Shown here: positions 53,400 through 64,000 of the stretch, piece after piece
Layout of the letters: the number at the start of each line of letters is the position of its first letter
Numbering within the stretch: the first letter of the stretch is position 1
Assembly: GCA_964016885.1 (NCBI GenBank)
Contig: OZ024758.1
Location: 38,378,001 to 38,442,000 of the forward strand
DNA length: 64,000 nucleotides
Origin: Eledone cirrhosa
Lineage: Eukaryota
Direction: 5' to 3'
Notes under the pieces: model-generated
What the model was told of the DNA's origin: nothing
Database searches by the model: none
What the model saw: only the letters and a program-made list of their open reading frames with translations
Made by a program: the position numbers and the translations under genes

Positions 53400-56300
53400 T
53401 GTTGGTGAGAATTCATTTAAGTTCATGGTATTAGCTGTCAGAAGTAACTCCACTGTTGGTGAGAATTCATTTAAGTCATGGTATTAGCTGTCAGAAGTAA
53501 CTCCAATGTTGGTGAGAATTCATTTAAGTCATGGTACTAGCTGTCAGAAGTAACTCCAATGTTGGTGAGAATTCAGTTAAGTTCATGGTATTAGTTTGTC
53601 AGAAGTAACTCAACTGTTGGTGAGAATTCATTTAAGTCATGGTATTAGTTGTCAGAAGTTTACTCCAATGTTGGTGAGAATTCATTTAAGTTCATGGTAC
53701 TAGCTGTCAGAAGTAACTCCACTGTTGGTGAGAATTCATTTAAGTTCATGGTATTAGCTGTCAGAAGTAACTCCACTGTTGGTGAGAAATCATTTAAGTC
53801 ATGGTATTAGTTGTCAGAAGTAACTCCAATGTTGGTGAGAATTCATTTAAGTTCATGGTACTAGCTGTCAGAAGTAACTCCACTGTTGGTGAGAATTCAT
53901 TTAAGTTCATGGTATTAGCTGTCACAAGTAACTCCACTGTTGGTGAGAATTCATTTAAGTCATGGTATTAGTTGTCAGAAGTAACTCCAATGTTGGTGAG
54001 AATTCATTTAAGTTCATGGTACTAGCTGTCAGAAGTAACTCCACTGTTGGTGAGAATTCATTTAAGTTCATGGTATTAGCTGTCAGAAGTAACTCCACTG
54101 TTGGTGAGAATTCATTTAAGTCATGGTATTAGCTGTCAGAAGTAACTCCAATGTTGGTGAGAATTCATTTAAGTCTTGGTACTAGCTGTCAGAAGTAACT
54201 CCAATGTTGGTGAGAATTCAGTTAAGTTCATGGTATTAGCTGTCAGAAGGAACTCCACTGTTGGTGAGAATTCATTTAAGTTCATGGTATTAGCTGTCAG
54301 AAGTAACTCCACTGTTGGTGAGAATTCATTTAAGTTCATGGTACTAGCTGTCAGAAGTAACTCCACTGTTGGTGAGAATTCATTTAAGTTCATGGTACTA
54401 GCCGTCAGAAGTAACTCCACTGTTGGTGAGAATTCAGTTAAGTTCATGGTATTAGTTGTCAGAAGTAACTCCACTGTTGGTGAGAATTCATTTAAATCAT
54501 GGTATTAGTTGTCAGAAGTAACTCCAATGTTGGTGAGAATTCATTTAAGTTCATGGTACTAGCTGTCAGAAGTAACTCCACTGTTGGTGAGAATTCATTT
54601 AAGTTCATGGTATTAGCTGTCAGAAGTAACTCCACTGTTGGTGAGAATTCATTTAAGTCATGGTATTAGCTGTCAGAAGTAACTCCATTGTTGGTGAGAA
54701 TTCATTTAAGTCATGGTACTAGCTGTCAGAAGTAACTCCACTGTTGGTGAGAATTCATTTAAGTTCATGGTATTAGCTGTCAGAAGGAACTCCACTGTTG
54801 GTAAGAATTCATTTAAGTTCATGGTATTAGCTGTCAGAAGTAACTCCACTGTTGGTGAGAATTCATTTAATTCATGGTACTAGCTGTCAGAAGTAACTCC
54901 ACTGTTGGTGAGAATTCATTTAAGTTCATGGTACTAGCTGTCAGAAGTAACCCCAATGTTGGTGAGAATTCATTTAAGTTCATGGTATTAGCTGTCAGAA
55001 GTCACTCCAATGTTGGTGAGAATTCATTTAAGTTCATGGTATTAGCTGTGAGAAGTCACTCCACTGTTGGTGAGAATTCATTTAAGTTCATGGTATTAGC
55101 TGTCAGAAGTACCTCCACTGTTGGTGAGAATTCATTTAAGTTCATGGTATTAGCTGTCAGAAGTAACTCCACTGTTGGTGAGAATTCATTTAAGTTCATG
55201 GTATTAGCTGTCAGAAGTAACTCCACTGTTGGTGAGAATTCATTTAAGTTCATGGTACTAGCTGTCAGAAGTAACTCCACTGTTGGTGAGAATTGATTTA
55301 AGTTCATGGTACTAGCTGTCAGAAGTAACTCCACTGTTGGTGAGAATTCATTTAAGTTCATGGTACTAGCTGTCAGAAGTAACCCCAATGTTGGTGAGAA
55401 TTCATTTAAGTTCATGGTATTAGCTGTCAGAAGTCACTCCAATGTTGGTGAGAATTCATTTAAGTTCATGGTATTAGCTGTGAGAAGTCACTCCACTGTT
55501 GGTGAGAATTCATTTAAGTTCATGGTATTAGCTGTCAGAAGTACCTCCACTGTTGGTGAGAATTCATTTAAGTTCATGGTATTTGCTGTCAGAAGTAACT
55601 CCACTGTTGGTGAGAATTCATTTAAGTTCATGGTATTAGCTGTCAGAAGGAACTCCAATGTTGGTGAGAATTCATTTAAGTCATGGTACTAGCTGTCAGA
55701 AGTAACTCCACTGTTGGTGAGAATTCATTTAATTCATGGTATTAGTTGTCAGAAGTAACTCCAATGTTGGTGAGAATTCATTTAAGTCATGGTACTAGCT
55801 GTCAGAAGTAACTCCAATGTTGGTGAGAATTCATTTAAGTTCATGGTATTAGCTGTCAGAAGTAACTCCACTGTTGGTGAGAATTCATTTAAGTCATGGT
55901 ATTAGCTGTCAGAAGTAACTCCAATGTTGGTGAGAATTCATTTAAGTCATGGTACTAGCTGTCAGAAGTAACTCCAATGTTGGTGAGAATTCAGTTAAGT
56001 TCATGGTATTAGTTTGTCAGAAGTAACTCAACTGTTGGTGAGAATTCATTTAAGTCATGGTATTAGTTGTCAGAAGTTTACTCCAATGTTGGTGAGAATT
56101 CATTTAAGTTCATGGTACTAGCTGTCAGAAGTAACTCCACTGTTGGTGAGAATTCATTTAAGTTCATGGTATTAGCTGTCAGAAGTAACTCCACTGTTGG
56201 TGAGAAATCATTTAAGTCATGGTATTAGTTGTCAGAAGTAACTCCAATGTTGGTGAGAATTCATTTAAGTTCATGGTACTAGCTGTCAGAAGTAACTCCA

Positions 56301-58280
56301 CTGTTGGTGAGAATTCATTTAAGTTCATGGTATTAGCTGTCACAAGTAACTCCACTGTTGGTGAGAATTCATTTAAGTCATGGTATTAGTTGTCAGAAGT
56401 AACTCCAATGTTGGTGAGAATTCATTTAAGTTCATGGTACTAGCTGTCAGAAGTAACTCCACTGTTGGTGAGAATTCATTTAAGTTCATGGTATTAGCTG
56501 TCAGAAGTAACTCCACTGTTGGTGAGAATTCATTTAAGTCATGGTATTAGCTGTCAGAAGTAACTCCAATGTTGGTGAGAATTCATTTAAGTCTTGGTAC
56601 TAGCTGTCAGAAGTAACTCCAATGTTGGTGAGAATTCAGTTAAGTTCATGGTATTAGCTGTCAGAAGGAACTCCACTGTTGGTGAGAATTCATTTAAGTT
56701 CATGGTATTAGCTGTCAGAAGTAACTCCACTGTTGGTGAGAATTCATTTAAGTTCATGGTACTAGCTGTCAGAAGTAACTCCACTGTTGGTGAGAATTCA
56801 TTTAAGTTCATGGTACTAGCCGTCAGAAGTAACTCCACTGTTGGTGAGAATTCAGTTAAGTTCATGGTATTAGTTGTCAGAAGTAACTCCACTGTTGGTG
56901 AGAATTCATTTAAATCATGGTATTAGTTGTCAGAAGTAACTCCAATGTTGGTGAGAATTCATTTAAGTTCATGGTACTAGCTGTCAGAAGTAACTCCACT
57001 GTTGGTGAGAATTCATTTAAGTTCATGGTATTAGCTGTCAGAAGTAACTCCACTGTTGGTGAGAATTCATTTAAGTCATGGTATTAGCTGTCAGAAGTAA
57101 CTCCATTGTTGGTGAGAATTCATTTAAGTCATGGTACTAGCTGTCAGAAGTAACTCCACTGTTGGTGAGAATTCATTTAAGTTCATGGTATTAGCTGTCA
57201 GAAGGAACTCCACTGTTGGTAAGAATTCATTTAAGTTCATGGTATTAGCTGTCAGAAGTAACTCCACTGTTGGTGAGAATTCATTTAATTCATGGTACTA
57301 GCTGTCAGAAGTAACTCCACTGTTGGTGAGAATTCATTTAAGTTCATGGTACTAGCTGTCAGAAGTAACCCCAATGTTGGTGAGAATTCATTTAAGTTCA
57401 TGGTATTAGCTGTCAGAAGTCACTCCAATGTTGGTGAGAATTCATTTAAGTTCATGGTATTAGCTGTGAGAAGTCACTCCACTGTTGGTGAGAATTCATT
57501 TAAGTTCATGGTATTAGCTGTCAGAAGTACCTCCACTGTTGGTGAGAATTCATTTAAGTTCATGGTATTAGCTGTCAGAAGTAACTCCACTGTTGGTGAG
57601 AATTCATTTAAGTTCATGGTATTAGCTGTCAGAAGTAACTCCACTGTTGGTGAGAATTCATTTAAGTTCATGGTACTAGCTGTCAGAAGTAACTCCACTG
57701 TTGGTGAGAATTGATTTAAGTTCATGGTACTAGCTGTCAGAAGTAACTCCACTGTTGGTGAGAATTCATTTAAGTTCATGGTACTAGCTGTCAGAAGTAA
57801 CCCCAATGTTGGTGAGAATTCATTTAAGTTCATGGTATTAGCTGTCAGAAGTCACTCCAATGTTGGTGAGAATTCATTTAAGTTCATGGTATTAGCTGTG
57901 AGAAGTCACTCCACTGTTGGTGAGAATTCATTTAAGTTCATGGTATTAGCTGTCAGAAGTACCTCCACTGTTGGTGAGAATTCATTTAAGTTCATGGTAT
58001 TTGCTGTCAGAAGTAACTCCACTGTTGGTGAGAATTCATTTAAGTTCATGGTATTAGCTGTCAGAAGGAACTCCAATGTTGGTGAGAATTCATTTAAGTC
58101 ATGGTACTAGCTGTCAGAAGTAACTCCACTGTTGGTGAGAATTCATTTAATTCATGGTATTAGTTGTCAGAAGTAACTCCAATGTTGGTGAGAATTCATT
58201 TAAGTCATGGTACTAGCTGTCAGAAGTAACTCCAATGTTGGTGAGAATTCATTTAAGTTCATGGTATTAGCTGTCAGAAG
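53400..58280 (+). repeat. Tandem duplication with 2418-bp (45-monomer) period
   Basis: ORF pairs 54176/56594, 54874/57292 and 55306/57724; rare SNP ctcaactg at 53612/56030. Confidence 0.88.
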
Positions 58281-61200
58281 GAACTCCACTGTTGGTGAGA
58301 ATTCATTTAAGTTCATGGTATTAGCTGTCAGAAGTAACTCCACTGTTGGCGAGAATTCATTTAAGTTCATGGTACTAGCTGTCAGAAGTAACTCCAATGT
58401 TGGTGAGAATTCATTTAAGTTCATGGTATTAGCTGTGAGAAGTCACTCCACTGTTGGTGAGAATTCATTTAAGTTCATGGTATTAGCTGTCAGAAGTACC
58501 TCCACTGTTGGTGAGAATTCATTTAAGTTCATGGTATTTGCTGTCAGAAGTAACTCCACTGTTGGTGAGAATTCATTTAAGTTCATGGTATTAGCTGTCA
58601 GAAGGAACTCCAATGTTGGTGAGAATTCATTTAAGTCATGGTACTAGCTGTCAGAAGTAACTCCACTGTTGGTGAGAATTCATTTAATTCATGGTATTAG
58701 TTGTCAGAAGTAACTCCAATGTTGGTGAGAATTCATTTAAGTCATGGTACTAGCTGTCAGAAGTAACTCCAATGTTGGTGAGAATTCATTTAAGTTCATG
58801 GTATTAGCTGTCAGAAGTAACTCCACTGTTGGTGAGAATTCATTTAAGTCATGGTATTAGCTGTCAGAAGTAACTCCAATGTTGGTGAGAATTCATTTAA
58901 GTCATGGTACTAGCTGTCAGAAGTAACTCCAATGTTGGTGAGAATTCAGTTAAGTTCATGGTATTAGTTTGTCAGAAGTAACTCAACTGTTGGTGAGAAT
59001 TCATTTAAGTCATGGTATTAGTTGTCAGAAGTTTACTCCAATGTTGGTGAGAATTCATTTAAGTTCATGGTACTAGCTGTCAGAAGTAACTCCACTGTTG
59101 GTGAGAATTCATTTAAGTTCATGGTATTAGCTGTCAGAAGTAACTCCACTGTTGGTGAGAAATCATTTAAGTCATGGTATTAGTTGTCAGAAGTAACTCC
59201 AATGTTGGTGAGAATTCATTTAAGTTCATGGTACTAGCTGTCAGAAGTAACTCCACTGTTGGTGAGAATTCATTTAAGTTCATGGTATTAGCTGTCACAA
59301 GTAACTCCACTGTTGGTGAGAATTCATTTAAGTCATGGTATTAGTTGTCAGAAGTAACTCCAATGTTGGTGAGAATTCATTTAAGTTCATGGTACTAGCT
59401 GTCAGAAGTAACTCCACTGTTGGTGAGAATTCATTTAAGTTCATGGTATTAGCTGTCAGAAGTAACTCCACTGTTGGTGAGAATTCATTTAAGTCATGGT
59501 ATTAGCTGTCAGAAGTAACTCCAATGTTGGTGAGAATTCATTTAAGTCTTGGTACTAGCTGTCAGAAGTAACTCCAATGTTGGTGAGAATTCAGTTAAGT
59601 TCATGGTATTAGCTGTCAGAAGGAACTCCACTGTTGGTGAGAATTCATTTAAGTTCATGGTATTAGCTGTCAGAAGTAACTCCACTGTTGGTGAGAATTC
59701 ATTTAAGTTCATGGTACTAGCTGTCAGAAGTAACTCCACTGTTGGTGAGAATTCATTTAAGTTCATGGTACTAGCCGTCAGAAGTAACTCCACTGTTGGT
59801 GAGAATTCAGTTAAGTTCATGGTATTAGTTGTCAGAAGTAACTCCACTGTTGGTGAGAATTCATTTAAATCATGGTATTAGTTGTCAGAAGTAACTCCAA
59901 TGTTGGTGAGAATTCATTTAAGTTCATGGTACTAGCTGTCAGAAGTAACTCCACTGTTGGTGAGAATTCATTTAAGTTCATGGTATTAGCTGTCAGAAGT
60001 AACTCCACTGTTGGTGAGAATTCATTTAAGTCATGGTATTAGCTGTCAGAAGTAACTCCATTGTTGGTGAGAATTCATTTAAGTCATGGTACTAGCTGTC
60101 AGAAGTAACTCCACTGTTGGTGAGAATTCATTTAAGTTCATGGTATTAGCTGTCAGAAGGAACTCCACTGTTGGTAAGAATTCATTTAAGTTCATGGTAT
60201 TAGCTGTCAGAAGTAACTCCACTGTTGGTGAGAATTCATTTAATTCATGGTACTAGCTGTCAGAAGTAACTCCACTGTTGGTGAGAATTCATTTAAGTTC
60301 ATGGTACTAGCTGTCAGAAGTAACCCCAATGTTGGTGAGAATTCATTTAAGTTCATGGTATTAGCTGTCAGAAGTCACTCCAATGTTGGTGAGAATTCAT
60401 TTAAGTTCATGGTATTAGCTGTGAGAAGTCACTCCACTGTTGGTGAGAATTCATTTAAGTTCATGGTATTAGCTGTCAGAAGTACCTCCACTGTTGGTGA
60501 GAATTCATTTAAGTTCATGGTATTAGCTGTCAGAAGTAACTCCACTGTTGGTGAGAATTCATTTAAGTTCATGGTATTAGCTGTCAGAAGTAACTCCACT
60601 GTTGGTGAGAATTCATTTAAGTTCATGGTACTAGCTGTCAGAAGTAACTCCACTGTTGGTGAGAATTGATTTAAGTTCATGGTACTAGCTGTCAGAAGTA
60701 ACTCCACTGTTGGTGAGAATTCATTTAAGTTCATGGTACTAGCTGTCAGAAGTAACCCCAATGTTGGTGAGAATTCATTTAAGTTCATGGTATTAGCTGT
60801 CAGAAGTCACTCCAATGTTGGTGAGAATTCATTTAAGTTCATGGTATTAGCTGTGAGAAGTCACTCCACTGTTGGTGAGAATTCATTTAAGTTCATGGTA
60901 TTAGCTGTCAGAAGTACCTCCACTGTTGGTGAGAATTCATTTAAGTTCATGGTATTTGCTGTCAGAAGTAACTCCACTGTTGGTGAGAATTCATTTAAGT
61001 TCATGGTATTAGCTGTCAGAAGGAACTCCAATGTTGGTGAGAATTCATTTAAGTCATGGTACTAGCTGTCAGAAGTAACTCCACTGTTGGTGAGAATTCA
61101 TTTAATTCATGGTATTAGTTGTCAGAAGTAACTCCAATGTTGGTGAGAATTCATTTAAGTCATGGTACTAGCTGTCAGAAGTAACTCCAATGTTGGTGAG

Positions 61201-61391
61201 AATTCATTTAAGTTCATGGTATTAGCTGTCAGAAGGAACTCCACTGTTGGTGAGAATTCATTTAAGTTCATGGTATTAGCTGTCAGAAGTAACTCCACTG
61301 TTGGCGAGAATTCATTTAAGTTCATGGTACTAGCTGTCAGAAGTAACTCCAATGTTGGTGAGAATTCATTTAAGTTCATGGTATTAGCTGT
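55436..61391 (+). repeat. Tandem duplication with 2955-bp (55-monomer) period
   Basis: ORF pairs 56594/59549, 57292/60247, 57724/60679 and 58207/61162; ctcaactg at 56030/58985; ggcgag at 58350/61305. Confidence 0.88.
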
Positions 61392-64000
61392 CAGAAGTAA
61401 CTCCACTGTTGGTGAGAATTCATTTAAGTCATGGTATTAGCTGTCAGAAGTAACTCCAATGTTGGTGAGAATTCATTTAAGTTCATGGTACTAGCTGTCA
61501 GAAGTAACTCCACTGTTGGTGAGAATTCATTTAAGTTCATGGTATTAGTTTGTCAGAAGTAACTCCACTGTTGGTGAGAATTCATTTAAGTCATGGTATT
61601 AGTTGTCAGAAGTTTACTCCAATGTTGGTGAGAATTCATTTAAGTTCATGGTACTAGCTGTCAGAAGTAACTCCACTGTTGGTGAGAATTCATTTAAGTT
61701 CATGGTATTAGCTGTCAGAAGTAACTCCACTGTTGGTGAGAATTCATTTAAGTCATGGTATTAGCTGTCAGAAGTAACTCCAATGTTGGTGAGAATTCAT
61801 TTAAGTCATGGTACTAGCTGTCAGAAGTAACTCCAATGTTGGTGAGAATTCAGTTAAGTTCATGGTATTAGCTGTCAGAAGGAACTCCACTGTTGGTGAG
61901 AATTCATTTAAGTTCATGGTATTAGCTGTCAGAAGTAACTCCACTGTTGGTGAGAATTCATTTAAGTTCATGGTACTAGCTGTCAGAAGTAACTCCACTG
62001 TTGGTGAGAATTCATTTAAGTTCATGGTACTAGCTGTCAGAAGTAACTCCACTGTTGGTGAGAATTCAGTTAAGTTCATGGTATTAGTTGTCAGAAGTAA
62101 CTCCACTGTTGGTGAGAATTCATTTAAATCATGGTATTAGTTGTCAGAAGTAACTCCAATGTTGGTGAGAATTCATTTAATTTCATGGTACTAGCTGTCA
62201 GAAGTAACTCCACTGTTGGTGAGAATTCATTTAAGTCATGGTATTAGTTGTCAGAAGTAACTCCAATGTTGGTGAGAATTCATTTAAGTTCATGGTACTA
62301 GCTGTCAGAAGTAACTCCACTGTTGGTGAGAATTCATTTAAGTTCATGGTATTAGCTGTCAGAAGTAACTCCACTGTTGGTGAGAATTCATTTAAGTCAT
62401 GGTATTAGTTGTCAGAAGTAACTCCAATGTTGGTGAGAATTCATTTAAGTTCATGGTACTAGCTGTCAGAAGTAACTCCACTGTTGGTGAGAATTCATTT
62501 AAGTTCATGGTATTAGCTGTCAGAAGTAACTCCACTGTTGGTGAGAATTCATTTAAGTTCATGGTATTAGCTGTCAGAAGTAACTCCACTGTTGGTGAGA
62601 ATTCATTTAAGTTCATGGTATTAGCTGTCAGAAGTAACTCCACTGTTGGTGAGAATTCATTTAAGTTCATGGTATTAGCTGTCAGAAGGAACTCCAATGT
62701 TGGTGAGAATTCATTTAAGTCATGGTACTAGCTGTCAGAAGTAACTCCACTGTTGGTGAGAATTCATTTAAGTTCATGGTATTAGCTGTCAGAAGTAACT
62801 CCACTGTTGGTGAGAATTCATTTAAGTTCATGGTATTAGCTGTCAGAAGGAACTCCACTGTTGGTGAGAATTCATTTAAGTTCATGGTATTAGCTGTCAG
62901 AAGTAACTCCACTGTTGGTGAGAATTCATTTAAGTTCATGGTACTAGTTGTCAGAAGTAACTCCACTGTTGGTGAGAATTCATTTAAGTTCATGTTACTA
63001 GCTGTCAGAAGTAACTCCACTGTTGGTGAGAATTCATTTAAGTTCATGGTATTAGTTTGTCAGAAATAACTCCACTGTTGGTGAGAATTCATTTAAGTTC
63101 ATGGTATTAGCTGTCAGAAGTAACTCCACTGTTGGTGAGAATTCATTTAAGTTCATGGTACTAGCTGTCAGAAGTAATTCCAATGTTGGTGAGAATTCAT
63201 TTAAGTTCATGGTATTAGCTGTCAGAAGTAACTCCACTGTTGGTGAGAATTCATTTAAGTCATGGTATTAGCTGTCAGAAGTAACTCCAATGTTGGTGAG
63301 AATTCATTTAAGTTCATGGTATTAGCTGTCAGAGGTAACTCCACTGTTGGTGAGAATTCATTTAAGTTCACGGTACTAGCTGTCAGAAGTAACTCCACTG
63401 TTGGTGAGAATTCATTTAAGTTCATGGTATTAGTTTGTCAGAAGTAACTCCACTGTTGGTGAGAATTCATTTAAGTCATGGTATTAGTTGTCAGAAGTTT
63501 ACTCCAATGTTGGTGAGAATTCATTTAAGTTCATGGTACTAGCTGTCAGAAGTAACTCCACTGTTGGTGAGAATTCATTTAAGTTCATGGTATTAGCTGT
63601 CAGAAGTAACTCCACTGTTGGTGAGAATTCATTTAAGTCATGGTATTAGCTGTCAGAAGTAACTCCAATGTTGGTGAGAATTCATTTAAGTCATGGTACT
63701 AGCTGTCAGAAGTAACTCCAATGTTGGTGAGAATTCAGTTAAGTTCATGGTATTAGCTGTCAGAAGGAACTCCACTGTTGGTGAGAATTCATTTAAGTTC
63801 ATGGTATTAGCTGTCAGAAGTAACTCCACTGTTGGTGAGAATTCATTTAAGTTCATGGTACTAGCTGTCAGAAGTAACTCCACTGTTGGTGAGAATTCAT
63901 TTAAGTTCATGGTACTAGCTGTCAGAAGTAACTCCACTGTTGGTGAGAATTCAGTTAAGTTCATGGTATTAGTTGTCAGAAGTAACTCCACTGTTGGTGA

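Larger units (their letters stand above)
40385..62458 (+). repeat. Tandem duplication with 8335-bp (155-monomer) period; second copy expanded by two internal duplications
   Basis: ORF pairs 40517/48852, 41808/50143, 43476/51811 and 46971/55306 are offset 8335. Shared rare SNPs: gtgacaatt (41256/49591), aagtacatg (~42022/50357), atgttatta (~43695/52030). The match resumes at offset 13708 (47454/61162, 48100/61808). Confidence 0.9.
1..64000 (+). repeat. Satellite DNA array: about 1,190 head-to-tail copies of a 54-bp monomer (53/55-bp variants), running off both window edges
   Basis: Monomer read directly at 1-54 and 55-108 (gaagtaactccactgttggtgagaattcatttaagttcatggtattagctgtca; 19 T, 15 A, 12 G, 8 C). 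One EcoRI site (GAATTC) in nearly every copy. Most copies differ from consensus by only a few bases. Every ORF in the track has an 18-aa period. No inversion or foreign insertion seen. Confidence 0.99.

Noticed and set aside
222-63991. Antisense ORFs (MNLNEFSPTVELLLTANT repeats), suggesting both strands code
   Set aside because: At 37% GC a random codon is a stop about 7% of the time, so an 18-codon frame is open about 28% of the time and roughly 1.7 of 6 frames are expected open. Two open frames is unremarkable.
1-64000. CRISPR array or repeat-spacer cassette system
   Set aside because: There are no unique spacers; the entire 54 bp is repeated and differs only by SNPs and 1-bp indels. No leader, cas gene or recombinase is present.
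1-64000. Telomeric repeat, or tandem array of tRNA, 5S, snRNA, spliced-leader or miRNA genes
   Set aside because: No G-rich telomere motif, no recognisable Pol III boxes or cloverleaf, and no stable long hairpin. A 54-bp unit with no spacer is too short for these gene arrays.
1-64000. Artefactual concatemer (rolling-circle product or ligated EcoRI fragments)
   Set aside because: Variants recur in fixed order over kb-scale nested blocks and include EcoRI-destroying alleles (gaattg, gaaatc, gacaattc). This fits evolved genomic satellite, not random error on one template. Individual near-identical duplications could still be assembly errors.

Overview
The whole 64-kb window is one uninterrupted, single-orientation, head-to-tail tandem array (satellite DNA) of about 1,190 copies of a 54-bp, 37% GC monomer: GAAGTAACTCCA(C/A)TGTTGGTGAGAATTCATTTAAGTTCATGGTA(T/C)TAGCTGTCA, with 53- and 55-bp indel variants. 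I found no gene, RNA gene, CRISPR array, transposon or unique sequence. All listed ORFs are translations of the monomer in its two stop-free frames and are rejected as coding. I do not recognise the satellite family or organism; the size and homogeneity suggest eukaryotic heterochromatic or centromere-type satellite, which is inference. What the sequence does show is a layered structure. Rare SNP-marked monomers reveal a 161-bp trimer, an 8-monomer (432 bp) period, a 30-monomer (1614 bp) higher-order repeat, and nested near-identical duplications with periods of 1346, 1779, 2418, 2955, 3016, 3335, 4787, 8335 and about 28,362 bp, several of which can be ordered in time. There is also a patch of private mutations at about 30.1-32.9 kb. 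Block boundaries were read by eye from diagnostic SNPs and ORF-track offsets and are accurate to about one monomer. I see no evidence of a new protein- or RNA-based system here.
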